This document shows, in pieces, positions 60,332 to 64,000 of a stretch of DNA of 64,000 nucleotides. The DNA comes from Nemertoderma westbladi (lineage: Eukaryota > Animalia > Xenacoelomorpha). Each line of letters begins with the position of its first letter. Position 1 is the first letter of the stretch. Below the pieces are notes generated by a model, which was given only the letters and a program-made list of their open reading frames with translations, did no database searches and was not told the DNA's origin. Made by a program: the position numbers and the translations under genes. Location of the stretch: positions 22,055-86,054 of the forward strand of contig JAUCBJ010005609.1 of assembly GCA_032718475.1 (NCBI GenBank). Reading direction: 5' to 3'.

Positions 60332-63300
60332 ATGCGTAAACAACACGCCGAGGCCCAAGCAATTCTCATCCACAAAAAGAATGCGGATATTGCAAAACTC
60401 GCGGAATACGAAGCCGCACTTATAGAACGAGATATTCAACTCTACGAGGACTGGGAAAGGGATATAGATCAGGAATATGAACCAATCCCGGTACCGGAAT
60501 TAGAAAAGTCATTTATACCGACAGCGGCGAAACTTCCGAAACCCGAGATCCCGCCTACCAAACAGTCTACGCTATCGGCACAAGCACCGGTGTTCCATCC
60601 ACCACCGGCTACGCTAAAGAATGAGGAACCTTATTTCCCATCCAACACCACGACAGCGAGTGTTCCCAAGTACGAGCCTGAAAGGGACTCGGAACGGGAC
60701 GCCACTCCTCGATCCAACAACCCGTTTACATCCACACCACAAACCCGTAGTCGCGTCATCATTAAAACTCCACCTACCATTGATCCATCGAGTATGGGAG
60801 AGAGTGCCAATAACTATAACCCTCCAAACCACTCCAGTTCGGACAACATCGGCATTATCCGGGCATTGGAAAACCGCCTCTCCATGCCCAAGATGGAGAT
60901 CCGCACCTTCGAAGGAGATCCCGTCGATTACCTCAGATTCAAGAAACGGTTCTTTGCGCAGATTGGATCAACGGACATAGCCGATGCACAGAAACTGGTA
61001 TATTTATCGCAATACCTGGGTGACAAACCACGCCGAATCATCGCTTGTTTTGAGGGAGGTTCTCATGAAGCATACTACGACGCATGGAAAACTCTAGACA
61101 AAAGATACGGAAATACCGGGACTATAATTAATAAAACTCTAGAGAAACTGATACAAGACGCGGGATCACTAGGGGACCCACAGAACCTCCAGGAATTTTC
61201 AGATTCCATGAAGGATGCCTACTACACTCTGAAACCCTTAAATAAGGAGGACCAGGTGAACAACATTCTAAACCTCCGACAGATCGCCCGGAAGTTCCCC
61301 GGATGGCTGCAAAGTAAGTGGGCCTATAAATGCGTAGATCTCCGGCACAGACATCCAGATCGAGATCCCAGCTTCCTCGAAATGTCGGCATTCCTGGACG
61401 ATATCTCCGAAGCCATGAATGACTCGATGTTCTCGAAACAGAGTCTCGCCAAGTTGGACGCAATGGAGAGCAATTACCAGAGCAGGGCACCCACTCCAAA
61501 CCCAAGATTCCGCCCTACTCCTGTGAGTGCGATGGCCATCAGTATGGCTGAGGACTCGGATGACGAGGATTACGAGGAACCGACCTTAGCAGAAGAATGG
61601 GCATGCTACCTAGCGAATTGGGCACCCGAAAGGGAAGGCACCACAGCCTCCCCTATATGTCTCTTCTGCGGAGAGAAACATAAGTTGGAATTCTGCGGAA
61701 AGTTCCAGTTTGCTGAACTCGTCCCACGCTTCGAGGCGATGATGAAACACCGAGGATGCTTCCGGTGTCTTGGAACAGGTCACTACGTTCGGGATTGCGA
61801 CCAAAGGTCGTGTTGTGCGGTTTGTAACGACCTACGTCATCACACGCTCCTCCACATCCCCGCGAACTTCGACTTCACTACCCTCCCCTTTCGGATCGAA
61901 GCCAAGCGAAGAGGAGAAACGAACCACGTTTCCAAAGGAACCCGGATTACCCAACGGAGAGAAACCAATCCGTTTAAAATCTCCACCGATAAACCACAAG
62001 TAACCAACATTTCAGCCACGATTAATCTTATAAATCGCCGCTACATGGTCTTCGCAAAGGTAATCCCGGTAAGGATTCAGGGAGTCGGCAAATCCCTGAC
62101 GACGCTCGCGTTCCTTGATAACGGGTCTGACGGAACCATCATCGACCGGGATTTCCTCGAGCAACTCGGCCTAGAATATGAACCTTGTAAACGGCCCATA
62201 CAAACCATCACCGATAACAGAGAGGTAGAGTCTGGGGAGGTGCAACTCCAAATGGAAGGAGTAATGAAGGGCTACGAGACGGTCAAGCTAACCATCAAGA
62301 ACGCCTTGGTACACACAGACCTCCGAGTGCGGTTCCGACAATCAGCCGAGTACGCCCCCCTCATACAATTGGACCGAGACGATGTAGATCTGAGGTGTCC
62401 GCAGTTGGACGTAAACCGCATCACCCTACTGATCGGACTTGATACACCGGAATTACACATACCTACCGGAGATGTCGCCCGATCCATAAAGAAAGATGAC
62501 GGCTTTTACGCTGAACGAACCATAATGGGATGGACCCTCTGCGGCATCAAGGAAGAAACTACTGACACCTATACATATCTTCCTAAATGTCAGAATAAAG
62601 AAAATGTAACATCCGTGGGATATTGCTCAGCTACAGACCTCGATGAGGATTTATTTCTCGAAACCGAGAGAACCCAGCGGGAGATGACCGGATGCTTTAA
62701 TGTGGAGACCCGAGAGTTTGCCGAGAAGGACGAGAATCCGTCCGAGGAAGATCAATATTGTACCAACATTTTTGATCAGGCCACGTTCAAAGACGGACAT
62801 TGGCGCGTGCCCATGCTTTGGTGGCTAATAAGGTTGTTGATGATAATAATGATGTTGATAACATTGACACCATTAATGGGAGAGCACGGACTAATCTGCC
62901 GTAATACCCGGATGGCGAACGCCTCAGTTGAGTCCCTCACTCCTAACCACCTACTGGGGAGACCCAAAACCCACGTTCTCCCGGAGACCATGTTCCCGGA
63001 TCCCAACGAGATCGCGAGACATACAAACTGGAAGAAGGCCCAAGCGTTGGCAGCGCATTGGTGGAGAATCTGGGCCCAGGAGTACCTCATAACCCTCCGG
63101 ACCAGGAGGAAATGGAACAACACCTACCGGAACGTCGCAGTTGGCGACATGGTACTAGTTAAAGAAGATCTCAAAGACCGCGTTCACTGGCCTGTGGCGC
63201 GGGTCGTGACCATACACCCAAGCAAAGACGGACTTGCGAGGACTGTGACGATACGAACGGCAAAGGGCCACTACCAACGCCCTATCCAGAGGCTGTGCCT

Positions 63301-63397
63301 TCTTGAAGGCAATGATAGCGGTGACTCTACGAGAGGTGATAAGTTCCCTACTCAAGATCCTGCTGCGGACATTGGTGACAATTACAAACCCGTGTAA
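60332..63397 (+). CDS. BEL Gag-protease fused in frame to the integrase C-terminal tail (RT, RNase H and integrase core missing); frame open from 60050
   Basis: MPKMEIRTFEGDPVDYLRFKKRF, three knuckles (CLFC..., CFRC..., CAVC...HHTLLH), FLDNGSDGT, GHWRVPMLW, then LTPNHLL...WWRIWAQEYL...VGDMVLV...RPIQRLCLL. Confidence 0.9.
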   Translation: MRKQHAEAQAILIHKKNADIAKLAEYEAALIERDIQLYEDWERDIDQEYEPIPVPELEKSFIPTAAKLPKPEIPPTKQSTLSAQAPVFHPPPATLKNEEPYFPSNTTTASVPKYEPERDSERDATPRSNNPFTSTPQTRSRVIIKTPPTIDPSSMGESANNYNPPNHSSSDNIGIIRALENRLSMPKMEIRTFEGDPVDYLRFKKRFFAQIGSTDIADAQKLVYLSQYLGDKPRRIIACFEGGSHEAYYDAWKTLDKRYGNTGTIINKTLEKLIQDAGSLGDPQNLQEFSDSMKDAYYTLKPLNKEDQVNNILNLRQIARKFPGWLQSKWAYKCVDLRHRHPDRDPSFLEMSAFLDDISEAMNDSMFSKQSLAKLDAMESNYQSRAPTPNPRFRPTPVSAMAISMAEDSDDEDYEEPTLAEEWACYLANWAPEREGTTASPICLFCGEKHKLEFCGKFQFAELVPRFEAMMKHRGCFRCLGTGHYVRDCDQRSCCAVCNDLRHHTLLHIPANFDFTTLPFRIEAKRRGETNHVSKGTRITQRRETNPFKISTDKPQVTNISATINLINRRYMVFAKVIPVRIQGVGKSLTTLAFLDNGSDGTIIDRDFLEQLGLEYEPCKRPIQTITDNREVESGEVQLQMEGVMKGYETVKLTIKNALVHTDLRVRFRQSAEYAPLIQLDRDDVDLRCPQLDVNRITLLIGLDTPELHIPTGDVARSIKKDDGFYAERTIMGWTLCGIKEETTDTYTYLPKCQNKENVTSVGYCSATDLDEDLFLETERTQREMTGCFNVETREFAEKDENPSEEDQYCTNIFDQATFKDGHWRVPMLWWLIRLLMIIMMLITLTPLMGEHGLICRNTRMANASVESLTPNHLLGRPKTHVLPETMFPDPNEIARHTNWKKAQALAAHWWRIWAQEYLITLRTRRKWNNTYRNVAVGDMVLVKEDLKDRVHWPVARVVTIHPSKDGLARTVTIRTAKGHYQRPIQRLCLLEGNDSGDSTRGDKFPTQDPAADIGDNYKPV

Positions 63398-63674
63398 CCC
63401 TTCTCATCATGTTGACAAACTCTTTTAAACTGTGATTTACTCGACAATGAATTATGGACCCCCCTTAAACCAACTGTAACCACGCAATGGTATTTGTGTT
63501 TCCTCGTGTGTTATGTGGAGTCCAGCGTCACCCTGCAGATGTTTCGACTGACGCAGGGTCGTTTATGTTTTGTTTACCCTGATTTTGGTCATCAGGACCT
63601 ACGATATTGGATTATTGGAAATGGAAAAGATTTGAAGTGGAATTCATTGTATTCATTGCAGTATGTTATGTTGT

Positions 63675-64000
63675 CCGTTGCGTGCGCAGTTCGGGGCGTA
63701 GGCGGTGTAACGAGTCCAGCTGTAGATCCCGGATTGCCGCGCAACACCCCCTCTATCCCGTTATTCTGGTGGGTCCATGGTGCATCCACATGACTTCGAC
63801 GATAGAGGGTTTTATGTTCTCAGTCGCGTTATTCTGGTGGGACCGTTGCGTGGATTTTGGGGCGTAGGCGGTGTAACGAGTCCAGCTGTAGATCCCAGAA
63901 TGTTGCGTAACCCCATCCCACATGACTTCGTCGACTGAGCTTTATGTTGTTGGGAGTGTTATTCTGGTGGGTCCATGGTGCATCCACGTGACTTCACTCC
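63675..64000 (+). repeat. Modular repeats in the 3' region of element 2
   Basis: 38-bp GGGGCGTAGGCGGTGTAACGAGTCCAGCTGTAGATCCC at 63693 and 63859; TTATTCTGGTGGG at 63761, 63829, 63959; CCAC(A/G)TGACTTC three times. Confidence 0.85.

Larger units (their letters stand above)
60050..64000 (+). mobile_element. Second BEL/Pao element, internally deleted; 5' LTR/PBS not seen; continues past the window end
   Basis: Gag and protease motifs plus integrase C-terminal tail; AT-rich host-like DNA directly upstream of ~60060. Confidence 0.85.

Overview
AT-rich eukaryotic (probably invertebrate animal) genomic DNA dominated by transposable elements. 1-10858 is the 3' ~11 kb of a young BEL/Pao LTR retrotransposon (gag, pol, PPT, 3' LTR). 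Between pol and the LTR it carries an unusual cargo: an array of ~18 hairpin-bearing 34/36-bp repeats, a ~60-nt stem-loop, and an intact 849-aa ORF3. ORF3 is not Env; it reads as a DEDDy (RNase D/WRN/EXD/Mut-7-like) 3'-5' exonuclease fused to three CCHC zinc knuckles with basic NLS-like motifs. This module is the best candidate for a novel system. One host gene can be assembled from three phase-compatible exons (27112-27319, 28676-28869, 42678-42860): a 194-aa secreted protein with four Cys-rich repeats, behind a TATA/Inr promoter with clustered nuclear-receptor half-sites. Its 13.8-kb second intron holds a ~5-kb tandem duplication with a templated junction, an RTE LINE inserted at the apex of a palindrome, and a Tc1/mariner MITE present in one copy only. 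A second BEL/Pao element (60050-64000+) has lost RT/RNase H/integrase core but keeps one open Gag-protease-hydrophobic filler-integrase-tail frame. The rest is LINE and transposase relics, MITEs, HINE-like repeats and minisatellites. All calls come from reading motifs by eye; no database searches were run.
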